Source: an uncultured Deinococcales bacterium (GTDB taxonomy: Bacteria > Deinococcota > Deinococci > Deinococcales > JAAFIG01). Taken from it: a stretch of 26,438 nucleotides of DNA. The stretch is taken from contig CAXTKV010000004.1 of NCBI GenBank assembly GCA_964244895.1, positions 31,582-58,019 of the forward strand, written 5' to 3'. Both the position numbers and the translations under genes were made by a program. Each line of letters opens with the position of its first letter. Position 1 is the first letter of the stretch. Shown here in pieces: positions 19,083 through 26,438 of the stretch. Under the pieces are notes generated by a model, which was not told the origin of the DNA, ran no database searches, and saw nothing but the letters and a program-made list of their open reading frames with translations.

Positions 19083-20117
19083 ATGTACCGGAACAAAATG
19101 TTTCTGGCAGCGCTGACGACCCTGACGCTCTGCGCCACGATCTGGCTCAACACCACGCGGGCGACAGCCACCGCCACCGCCGATGCCCAGACCACCAAGG
19201 TCGTGAGCGCCGCAAACGCTTTCTTGGGCACGTTGAACGCCGATCAGAAAAGCAAGGCCAGCTTCGCCTACGCGGACGCCGCACAGCGCGCGCGCTGGTC
19301 GAATTTTCCCACGGGCATCTTTCAGCGCGCGGGGCTGCGCTGGGGCGACATGAGTGCCGCGCAGCGCACGTCCCTGATGAGCCTCTTGGGCACCGTGCTG
19401 AGCGCGAACGGTCTCGAGATGCTCAAAGAGCAGATGGACGCCGACGAGGTGCTGAAGACTCAGGGTGGCGGCAACCTGATCTTTGGGAACGCCGAGTACT
19501 ACGTGGCATTCCTTGGCACACCGTCCACCGCGAGCGCCTGGATGCTGCAATTCGGTGGTCATCACCTGGCCCTCAACGCCACTGTGGTCGGTGACAACAT
19601 CACCCTGGCTCCTAGCCTGACCGGCGGGCAGCCCGTGAAGTACACACTGGACGGCAAAACGGTCTACATCGTCGGACAAGAAGTCAAGGATGCCTTCGCC
19701 ATGGTCAACAGCCTCGATGCTGCGCAGCGTACCGAGGCCGTCATCAGCACCAAGAACATCGATCTGGTTCTCGGGCCTGGGCAGGATGGTAAGACCTTAC
19801 AAGCTGAGGGACTGCCGGGGAAGGCCATGACCGCCGCGCAGAAGACGCAGTTTCTGGCGCTGATCAAGGACCGGATGGGAGCGCTCAACGCCGATGACCT
19901 GGCTCCCAAGATGGCCGACGTGGAGAAAAACCTCGACAAGACCTACTTCGCCTGGTACGGCCCGACGACCACCGGCAGCGCCGCGTACTACCGCGTGACC
20001 GGGCCGACGGTGGTGATCGAGTTCTCACCGCAGTCGATGGGTGGAGACGCCACGAACCACATTCACAGCATGTACCGCGACCCGACCAACGATTACGGTG
20101 CGGCCTGGACGAAGTGA
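19083..20117 (+). CDS. DUF3500 family secreted protein
   Basis: RBS GAGGAGG; signal peptide; WSNFP, WMLQFGGHHLALN, YFAWYG, YYRVTGP..VIEF, NHIHSMYRDPTNDYG. Confidence 0.88.
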   Translation: MYRNKMFLAALTTLTLCATIWLNTTRATATATADAQTTKVVSAANAFLGTLNADQKSKASFAYADAAQRARWSNFPTGIFQRAGLRWGDMSAAQRTSLMSLLGTVLSANGLEMLKEQMDADEVLKTQGGGNLIFGNAEYYVAFLGTPSTASAWMLQFGGHHLALNATVVGDNITLAPSLTGGQPVKYTLDGKTVYIVGQEVKDAFAMVNSLDAAQRTEAVISTKNIDLVLGPGQDGKTLQAEGLPGKAMTAAQKTQFLALIKDRMGALNADDLAPKMADVEKNLDKTYFAWYGPTTTGSAAYYRVTGPTVVIEFSPQSMGGDATNHIHSMYRDPTNDYGAAWTK

Positions 20118-20126
20118 GGCCGCGAA

Positions 20127-20819
20127 GTGAAAACCAATTGCACAATCAGACCACCTGTCCAAGAATTTGTCGTCAGGAACAACGATTTCAGCTCGTGTCG
20201 CGTTCGGGCGAGATTTGATCGCTCGAGATCATCCTCGACCGCTTCCGTTCGCTCGAGCCCCAAGCGCGCGCGATACCCTCTGAAGAGGTTCTCGTGGATA
20301 CTGTTGGTTTTGCTGCCCTACCTGGCTGAAGCGCACCCGGTGGACGAAGTGGTGCAGGGCGCGTACCTGACCCTCGCACCGGGCGAGGTGCAGCTGGAAC
20401 TGGATCTGACGCCGGGAAACAAAGTCGCTGGAACGCTCCTCACATCTTTGGACGCGAACGCCGATCGGCGCATCACCGATGCCGAAGCTCGAGCCTACGC
20501 CGGGCGGGTGCTGGCGCAATCCACGCTCGCGTTGGACGGCGTGGCCGCGCCCTGGACGCTCGACAAGGTCAGCGCTCCACCTTACCAGAACCTCCAAACG
20601 GGCAACGGCATCCTGAAGATTTACGCCGTCGCCAAACGCCCCGAGCGCACCGGGGCGCAGACCCTGAGTTACCAGAATCGCTACCAACCCGCCAAAAGCC
20701 AGTGCATCGCCAACATTTTTCTGCAACCCGCACCAGGCTGGCAGTACCAGGTCACGAACCAGCAGCGCAGCGACGACGGGCGGCAACTCACGGTGAAGTA
20801 CGCGGCAGGACGCTCGTGA
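20127..20819 (+). CDS. Secreted hypothetical protein with N-terminal His and an EF-hand-like loop
   Basis: Signal-like KRFSWILLVLLPYLAEA followed by HPVDE; DANADRRITDAE loop; stop overlaps the next start. True start probably near 20280, where no ATG/GTG is visible. Confidence 0.7.
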   Translation: MKTNCTIRPPVQEFVVRNNDFSSCRVRARFDRSRSSSTASVRSSPKRARYPLKRFSWILLVLLPYLAEAHPVDEVVQGAYLTLAPGEVQLELDLTPGNKVAGTLLTSLDANADRRITDAEARAYAGRVLAQSTLALDGVAAPWTLDKVSAPPYQNLQTGNGILKIYAVAKRPERTGAQTLSYQNRYQPAKSQCIANIFLQPAPGWQYQVTNQQRSDDGRQLTVKYAAGRS

Positions 20820-21913
20820 AGTCCCTTCCATTTCACCTCAGGGGCTGGGTGACGCTGCTGGCCATCTGCGGGTGGGCCGAAGCGCACCAGATCACCTTCA
20901 GCCATGTGGACCTGCGGCTGGAACAGGACGCGACGAGCGTGAGCGTTCAGCTTCCCGTTCAGGCCCTGCTCCAGGAACAGCCTTCAGCGCTGCCCACCGG
21001 AACGACCGCGCGGTCGTTCCAGCTCGATCCGCTGCCCGTGGATTTGCTGGTGTCCCTCGAGACCCTATTGACCAACCGTTTGCAACTTGCGGTCAACGGG
21101 AACCCGCTGGCGCTGGACGCACAAACCGTCCATCCAGCGGGCGAGAACGTGGCGCTGACGCTCACGGCTCCGCCCGTTTCCGGTTCCTTGAAGGTTCAGG
21201 CCAACCTGTTCCCGGAGGACAGCCTGCACAAGGTGTTCGTCAACGTTTACCGGGCTCGAGACCTGGTCGGTCAGTACGCGCTGGATCGGCAGGATGCCTC
21301 GTTTATCCTCGCGTCCCAGGAGCGCCCGCTCTGGGACGCGATCACCACCTTCGTGCGCGAGGGCATCCATCACATCTTCATCGGGCCGGATCACATCCTC
21401 TTCGTGCTGGCACTGATTTTGTTGGGCGGAAGGCTCCGGTCGCAGTTCAAGATCATCACGGCCTTTACGGCGGCTCACAGCACCACGTTGGCGTTGGCGA
21501 CGCTGAACATCGTGCAGCTCCCTTCCCGTCTGGTGGAAAGCGTGATCGCGCTTTCCATCGTGGTGGTGGGCGCTCATGACGTGTACCAACTGCGGCGCTC
21601 CGAAACTGGGCGCGCGACTTGGGACGTGCGCGTGCCGTTTGCCTTCGCGTTCGGCTTGGTTCACGGCTTTGGCTTTGCGAGCGTGCTGAGTGAGCTGAAT
21701 CTGCCGCAAAAGGCCGTAGCGTGGTCACTGGCAGCCTTTAATGTCGGCGTCGAGATTGGGCAATTGAGCATCGTGCTTCTGGCCGCCCCGCTCTTGATCG
21801 CCCTGCGCCGTTACGCCGTGCCTCGAGTCTCTCAGGGTTTGCTGACCGCTGCGGCCTGCGGTGTCGTGCTGGTCGGCGGATTCTGGCTGTGGCAGCGAGC
21901 CTTCAACCTCTAA
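20816..21913 (+). CDS. HupE/UreJ family (HupE_UreJ_2) protein with periplasmic N-terminal domain
   Basis: GIHHIFIGPDHILF, TAFTAAHSTTL, VESVIALSI, FGLVHGFGFA, AFNVGVEIGQL; GTG overlaps the upstream TGA. Confidence 0.9.
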   Translation: MKSLPFHLRGWVTLLAICGWAEAHQITFSHVDLRLEQDATSVSVQLPVQALLQEQPSALPTGTTARSFQLDPLPVDLLVSLETLLTNRLQLAVNGNPLALDAQTVHPAGENVALTLTAPPVSGSLKVQANLFPEDSLHKVFVNVYRARDLVGQYALDRQDASFILASQERPLWDAITTFVREGIHHIFIGPDHILFVLALILLGGRLRSQFKIITAFTAAHSTTLALATLNIVQLPSRLVESVIALSIVVVGAHDVYQLRRSETGRATWDVRVPFAFAFGLVHGFGFASVLSELNLPQKAVAWSLAAFNVGVEIGQLSIVLLAAPLLIALRRYAVPRVSQGLLTAAACGVVLVGGFWLWQRAFNL

Positions 21914-22109
21914 GAGTCTGGGCTGTTCAGATGGTGGTCTTTCTCCTCGATCCGTGGCGACGCGCCGAATGGGTGAAATGTGAGGGACAGCTTTACCGAA
22001 TCATTGGGATGCGGGTCTCAAATCCTTACCAATAGAGAAGAAACTCCTTTTATCGAAGCGCACCAGACCGGGCGCTCGCACGGTCTGTACGACCCCAAAG
22101 GAGTTCGCC

Positions 22110-22421
22110 ATGCACACCATCGACCTGAACCCCCAGATCACCTCAGCCCCTTCGCAAACCGCCAAGAAATCCTTCAAGAAGCCCGCAAAGCGATTCCAGA
22201 AGACCCGCGCAACGCTGGTGATGCTGGCGATCAGCGCCGCAACCCTGATATACGCTTCGTCGTCCGCCTGGATGCTCAACCAGCAAAACGCCGCGACCAC
22301 TCAAAACTCGTTCTCAAGTACGGTTCAACCCAGCAACAGTTTCTCCTCGAGCCAAACCGTTCCCGCATCTGCGACCGACCAGTCATCCAATGGATTCTCG
22401 AGCGTGAAAAACGGAGGATGA
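22110..22421 (+). CDS. Small membrane-anchored Ser-rich protein
   Basis: RBS AAAGGAG; basic stretch, one TM and a Ser/Gln/Asn-rich tail; stop adjoins the next start. Confidence 0.7.
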   Translation: MHTIDLNPQITSAPSQTAKKSFKKPAKRFQKTRATLVMLAISAATLIYASSSAWMLNQQNAATTQNSFSSTVQPSNSFSSSQTVPASATDQSSNGFSSVKNGG

Positions 22422-22423
22422 GC

Positions 22424-23098
22424 ATGAACCGAGACGGAAACGTTCAAGTGACGAAGCTCAACAACCGCCCGTCATGGTTGAACATGATCCTTACCGGATT
22501 GCTGCTCGGCCTCGTGGCGCTGGCCTGGGGCCTCAGCTGGTCGGGGACGCTCAGCGGAGTCTGGCAACGCACCCTCTTGACGCAATCCGGTCAGTTCGCT
22601 TACCTGTTGCTGACGTTCACCACCACCACCGGACCACTGATTGGCACCGCATTTGCTCCCAAATGGCTGAATGCCGCCAACAAGACGGGTTGGCACGGGA
22701 TCGCATCGGGTTTTTCGCTGGTCGTCGCCAGCATTCACGGTCTGTTTTCGCTGCTTGGCAACAACGCGCTCAGCCTGCCGGAGGTGCTGGTTCCTGGACT
22801 GGCCAGTTTTCGCACCGTACCGATGGCGGCAGGAACGCTCGGACTGTGGTTAATGCTGCTCGTGTACGTGACCTTTGCGCTTCGCAACAAGATCGGCATC
22901 AAGGCCGCTCGAGCCTTGCACTTACTCGCCTATCCGGCTTTCATCGCCAGTACGCTTCATCCGATTCTGCTCAATCCCGACCATCTCGAGCTGATGTACG
23001 TGCTGGGAGCCATCGCCGTGGGCATCGCCCTGGCCGTGCGGTTGTGGACCTTGGCGCATCCGAAAGCGCCTCTGCTCAGCGCAGACAAGCACCAATGA
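22424..23098 (+). CDS. Ferric reductase-like transmembrane (heme b) protein
   Basis: RBS GGAGG; multiple TM helices with four His (WHG, SIHG, LHLLAYPAF, LHP). Alternative start 22418. Confidence 0.8.
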   Translation: MNRDGNVQVTKLNNRPSWLNMILTGLLLGLVALAWGLSWSGTLSGVWQRTLLTQSGQFAYLLLTFTTTTGPLIGTAFAPKWLNAANKTGWHGIASGFSLVVASIHGLFSLLGNNALSLPEVLVPGLASFRTVPMAAGTLGLWLMLLVYVTFALRNKIGIKAARALHLLAYPAFIASTLHPILLNPDHLELMYVLGAIAVGIALAVRLWTLAHPKAPLLSADKHQ

Positions 23099-23159
23099 TC
23101 GAGCCCGGTGGCCCTCTAGACACAACGATAGGCACGCAAACAGCAAAAGGAGAATCATC

Positions 23160-23657
23160 ATGAACGACACCTCCACTCCAGCAGCCGAATTCCTCGAGCG
23201 GAACCTCGACCGCCGCGATGCCCTCAAAACCATCGGTTGCCTGTTTTGTGCGGCGCTTGTTCCGAGCATCGTCGGTACGGGCGGTGCGAGCGCAGCCAGC
23301 GCGATCACTCCATTCCAGGTCGCCAAGGCGGGCGAGTTGAGCAAGGCCGGAGACTACAAACTGGGCAACGTCAACAACGCACCCGCCTTGATCTATGCCA
23401 GCGACAAGTCCGTACCGAACAGCGTTCAGTGGGGCGCGGTCTGGCTGGTCGCGCTCTCGAGAACCTGCACGCACGAAGACAAACTGATCGCCGAGCCCAG
23501 CAATGGCGACATGGTGTGCACGAAACACCCGCAGCATTTCGATCCGCGCACCGGTATTCCCAGCACGGCTCAGTCTTTTACGCGGCGCGCCTTGACCCAA
23601 TACAGCTTAGAGCTTCGTCAGGGCAATGTCTGGTTAACGGGGATCGCTCGGGCGTGA
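23160..23657 (+). CDS. Rieske [2Fe-2S] protein with a Tat-like signal
   Basis: RBS AAGGAG; DRRDALK plus a hydrophobic segment; CTH...CTKH..HFD ligands. Confidence 0.88.
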   Translation: MNDTSTPAAEFLERNLDRRDALKTIGCLFCAALVPSIVGTGGASAASAITPFQVAKAGELSKAGDYKLGNVNNAPALIYASDKSVPNSVQWGAVWLVALSRTCTHEDKLIAEPSNGDMVCTKHPQHFDPRTGIPSTAQSFTRRALTQYSLELRQGNVWLTGIARA

Positions 23658-23885
23658 TCCTCAAACGACACGGACGCGTTCCGATCACCAACTCAAAATG
23701 GTGATCGGTTCCGTTTTCATTCGAGCAATCCGTCAAAACCCGAGACCCAACCGTGTACCAGTTGACCCGTGAAACTTCAAAAGAAGCAGCCGAAGAACCG
23801 ACGGAGAAATCGAAAGTTGCCCGTAGTTGCAATGGAGTTGCAAATCTCTCCAGAGCGCGTACCGCTGAGGCTCTCAGAGATTGGA

Positions 23886-23910
23886 AAACCCCCGTCCAGT
23901 ACGGGGGTTT
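23886..23910 (-). terminator. Intrinsic terminator after tRNA-Ala
   Basis: AAACCCCCGT-CCAGT-ACGGGGGTTT, perfect 10-bp stem. Confidence 0.75.
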
Positions 23911-23914
23911 CTTC

Positions 23915-23990
<76 letters not shown>

Positions 23991-24001
23991 AGGGCTGAAG
24001 G

Positions 24002-24030
24002 AGTGTAGCACGCGGTTTTTAGAAGCGCAA
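24002..24030 (-). promoter_or_regulatory. Sigma70-type promoter of tRNA-Ala
   Basis: TTGCGC-17 nt-TACACT with extended TG. Confidence 0.7.
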
Positions 24031-24061
24031 GGTAACGCTTGAATCTCGAGCGGCACTGCCT

Positions 24062-24625
24062 TCAAGACGATGCTTTCGGCGTGTTGTTCAACACCAGAAG
24101 CCAGCCGAAACTCAGCGCGTTCGAGCCGTACACGCGCCGCTCGATGCGGAATCCGGGGACAGCCTCTGGCAGCACAACCTGAACCGGGCTCTGGACGATC
24201 AACGCGCCACCCGGCGCGATCAAATCTGGACGCGAAAACGCTATCCGTGCGATCTCGAGGATGTCGTGGTTGTACGGTGGATCAATGAAGACGATATCGA
24301 AGCTGGTCGCTCGAGCCACGAAGACCAGCGCATCGGCGCGTTTGATGGTGGCTGTCAGGTACAGTTCCCTGGCATTGCGTTCGAGCGTCTGAACGGCTCG
24401 TGCGTCCTTCTCGACCATCGTGACCGCGTAGTTTCGGGAGGCCGCTTCGAGCCCCACACCGCCCGCACCCGCGTACAGGTCTAAAAAGCTCGAGCCCTCG
24501 CCGTAACGCGTTTCAAGAATATCGAAGAGGCTTTTGCGGACGCGCGCGCCGGTCGGACGGGCGGTGTCGGGAATGTGCAACCGACGCCCTTTGGCCCTAC
24601 CTCCGAGGATGCGAAGCTCAGACAT
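24062..24625 (-). CDS. rsmD: 16S rRNA m2G966 methyltransferase RsmD family
   Basis: LRILGGRAKGRRL, RPT..RVRKSLF, FLDLYAGAGGVGLEAASR, FIDPPY. Confidence 0.92.
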   Translation of the reverse strand: MSELRILGGRAKGRRLHIPDTARPTGARVRKSLFDILETRYGEGSSFLDLYAGAGGVGLEAASRNYAVTMVEKDARAVQTLERNARELYLTATIKRADALVFVARATSFDIVFIDPPYNHDILEIARIAFSRPDLIAPGGALIVQSPVQVVLPEAVPGFRIERRVYGSNALSFGWLLVLNNTPKASS

Positions 24626-24657
24626 CGTGCAAGACGATACCAGGCGCTAGAGGTCTG

Positions 24658-24718
24658 GGGAGACCGTCCAGTGCGCGAGCATCAAAAGCTGGGATCTCAC
24701 GCGCTGGACGGTGTTCTC
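24658..24718. repeat. REP-like palindromic element
   Basis: GGGAGACCGTCCAGTGCGCGAG...CTCACGCGCTGGACGGTGTTCTC. Confidence 0.85.
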
Positions 24719-24780
24719 AAGGTATTGTCCTCGCGCTAGAAACACCCGGCTCGGCCTACTAAAAAGGGACTGCAAAAAGT

Positions 24781-24807
24781 AAGGACACAGATTTAATCTG
24801 CGTCCTT
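24781..24807 (-). terminator. Intrinsic terminator after tRNA-Val
   Basis: AAGGACACAGAT/ATCTGCGTCCTT stem, followed by ACTTTTT on the minus strand. Confidence 0.7.
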
Positions 24808-24810
24808 GCG

Positions 24811-24885
24811 TGGTAGGCCCGAGCAGATTTGAACTGCTGACCCCTACAGTGTCAATGTAGTGCTCTACCCCTGAGCTACGAGCCT
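24811..24885 (-). tRNA. tRNA-Val(GAC)
   Basis: CTACA-TTGACAC-TGTAG anticodon arm, GTTCAAATC T-loop, encoded CCA; 75 nt. Confidence 0.96.
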
Positions 24886-24900
24886 ATGCGTATTCAATTT

Positions 24901-24975
24901 TGGAGGCGCCGACCGGATTCGAACCGGTGCATAAAGGTTTTGCAGACCTTCGCCTTACCGCTTGGCTACGGCGCC
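24901..24975 (-). tRNA. tRNA-Cys(GCA)
   Basis: GGCGCCG acceptor, AAGGT-CTGCAAA-ACCTT anticodon arm, U73 discriminator plus CCA; 75 nt. Confidence 0.97.
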
Positions 24976-25029
24976 CCACTGGCCTTTTGGCGTCCTCAAG
25001 CCCGAGGTGGGTTTCCCCGAGCGACGGGC

Positions 25030-25058
25030 ATCGTAGCACGCGTGTTTCGGGGTGTCAA
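25030..25058 (-). promoter_or_regulatory. Sigma70-type promoter of the tRNA-Cys/Val pair
   Basis: TTGACA-17 nt-TACGAT with extended TG; shares CGCGTGCTAC with the tRNA-Ala promoter. Confidence 0.8.
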
Positions 25059-25131
25059 CGCGAGGATTCAAGCCCTGTCACTCGAGTTCCAGGCCGCAAG
25101 AGCGTGCGCCCGGCGCGCGATTCTCGACCGA

Positions 25132-25210
25132 TTGCTCGAGCCGCGAAGCATCGGGTTGCTCGAGCTGCGAAGCATCGGGTTGCTCGAGCCGCGAAGCATC
25201 GGGTTGCTCG
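25132..25210. repeat. Tandem repeat, 24-bp unit x 3.3
   Basis: TTGCTCGAGC(C/T)GCGAAGCATCGGG three times plus TTGCTCG. Confidence 0.95.
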
Positions 25211-25226
25211 GGCGGTAACATGGGAC

Positions 25227-26108
25227 GTGGATTTCGACGATCTGGGTGAAGCGCACCTTGAAGAACTGAACGGCGTGGAATTGTACTTCGAGGACACCGG
25301 GCCTCGGGATGCGCCCGCCATCCTGTACTTGCACGGCGGGCCGGGTTACAACAGTTACGCCTTTCAGGACATCGTCGGAGAATCCCTGTCCGGCTACCGC
25401 GTGATTTATCTGGATCAGCGCGGCTGCGGGCGTTCAGCGCCGCTGGGCGTGGATGACCTGAGCGCCTTTACCGTGGACGCGATGGTGGACGACTTGGAAG
25501 CCGTGCGGGATTTCCTGGGATTGGATCGTTTCGTGCCGATGGGTCACGGCTTCGGCGCGGTGCTGGCCCTGGAATACGCGCGCCGTTTCCCGCAGCACAC
25601 GCTGATGGTGGTCGCCCTCAACCCGTGGGTGCATTTCCCGGAACTCTCCCGGACGCTCCTCGAAGAGGCGTCCAGGTTGACCGACAAGCCGATCACGAGC
25701 GTGCCGAACGACTCAGAATCAAGGGTGGAACTGGCCTTCTCAATGCTGAATTCAAGGGATTTGCTGACCGCGCTGCACTTCCCGAACCCGCAATCGCGCT
25801 TGCGCTTGGAATTCTCCGATGCCGAATCCGGCCTGCTGGCGGGCGGCGAGGTGCAAGAGGGACTGGTGCTGAACGGGTTGTGGGATCTCGAGTACCCGAT
25901 GTACTTCGCGGCCATCACCCGGCCCATCGCGGTGATCGCGGGCACGGCTGATCCAACGTCTTATCCGGGGCAGACGGACTGGCTGGTAGACCTGGCCAAC
26001 GCTGACCTGGCCGAGATCGACGGCGCTGGGCATTACCCGTGGCTGGATGACCTGGACGGTTTCGTGTACGCGCTTCAGGAATTCCTGCCGAAGAAACCGG
26101 TGAATTAG
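25227..26108 (+). CDS. Alpha/beta hydrolase fold, proline iminopeptidase-related, lacking the nucleophile Ser
   Basis: LHGGPG, LDQRGCGRS, GHGFG in place of GxSxG, GTAD, AGHYPW; GTG 25227 is 5 nt after TAACAT. Confidence 0.88.
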   Translation: MDFDDLGEAHLEELNGVELYFEDTGPRDAPAILYLHGGPGYNSYAFQDIVGESLSGYRVIYLDQRGCGRSAPLGVDDLSAFTVDAMVDDLEAVRDFLGLDRFVPMGHGFGAVLALEYARRFPQHTLMVVALNPWVHFPELSRTLLEEASRLTDKPITSVPNDSESRVELAFSMLNSRDLLTALHFPNPQSRLRLEFSDAESGLLAGGEVQEGLVLNGLWDLEYPMYFAAITRPIAVIAGTADPTSYPGQTDWLVDLANADLAEIDGAGHYPWLDDLDGFVYALQEFLPKKPVN

Positions 26109-26228
26109 TTCCTGAACGGTGTCTCGATGGGACGTGTAGAAGCTCGAGTCTGATTCTCTAGAATCCACGGCGCGCTTCGTCTCGAGGAATCAGAACGCGC
26201 AGCGCGTTCTCGAGATGCGCCTTACCCC

Positions 26229-26278
26229 AGAACACCGTCCCACACACTATTCTCGATTTACGCGCAGGACGGTCTTCT
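26229..26278. repeat. REP-like palindromic element
   Basis: AGAACACCGTCC...GGACGGTCTTCT; related palindrome AGAACGCGC-A-GCGCGTTCT at about 26192-26210 and a half site at about 26111-26126. Confidence 0.85.
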
Positions 26279-26321
26279 TTGAATCTCGAGCCTGTAATCG
26301 CGAAATGCGTTAGGCTCAAAC

Positions 26322-26438
26322 ATGACTTTCAAAGATCAATTCCCGGCGCTCAGGGGTGGCTTCAGCTTTCTGGACAACGCGGCGGGCGCGCAGGTTCCGC
26401 AAGCCTGCATCGACGGCATCAGCGCGTTCCTCTCGAGC
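26322..26438 (+). CDS. 3'-truncated class V aminotransferase / cysteine desulfurase-like protein
   Basis: MTFKDQFPALRGGFSFLDNAAGAQVPQACIDGIS: FPAL...LDNAAG.QVP N-terminal motif; TAGGCT 5 nt before the ATG. Confidence 0.75.
   Translation, partial: MTFKDQFPALRGGFSFLDNAAGAQVPQACIDGISAFLSS

Noticed and set aside
21980..22417. N-terminal extension of the ferric-reductase-like ORF
   Set aside because: Overlaps the RBS-supported 22110-22421 gene in another frame.
25132..25210. Possible mini CRISPR array
   Set aside because: Units are contiguous with no unique spacers, and there are no cas genes.
24900..25226. N-terminal extension of the hydrolase ORF (ARAAKHRV repeats)
   Set aside because: Overlaps tRNA-Cys and its promoter on the opposite strand and the tandem repeat; homology-like sequence starts near 25227.

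Overview
GC-rich bacterial chromosome segment, most likely Deinococcota (Deinococcus/Thermus-like MutS, L28 and alpha/beta-hydrolase; many -10 boxes sit directly on start codons). Housekeeping content: tyrS, mutS, mmsA/iolA, rpmB, rsmD, tRNA-Ala(GGC), tRNA-Val(GAC), tRNA-Cys(GCA). Accessory content: a pseudokinase-PP2C fusion next to a membrane Ser/Thr kinase whose C-terminus resembles a type IV pilin head; a CHASE2 protein with no output domain plus a secreted partner; a Cys/His-rich surface protein coupled to an amidase; and a block (about 18.6-23.9 kb) with DUF3500, HupE/UreJ, a ferric-reductase-like membrane protein and a Tat Rieske protein. The strongest unexplained signal is non-coding. 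A REP/MITE-like palindrome family (GAA[C/G]ACCGTCC...GGACGGT[G/C]TTC) occurs at 13 sites, has co-varying arms, is translated inside two genes and is absent from the accessory block. It sits on a background where CTCGAG is heavily over-iterated (about 110 copies by hand count, HIP1-like). No CRISPR array, integrase or transposase was seen. All family assignments come from motif recognition, not database searches.
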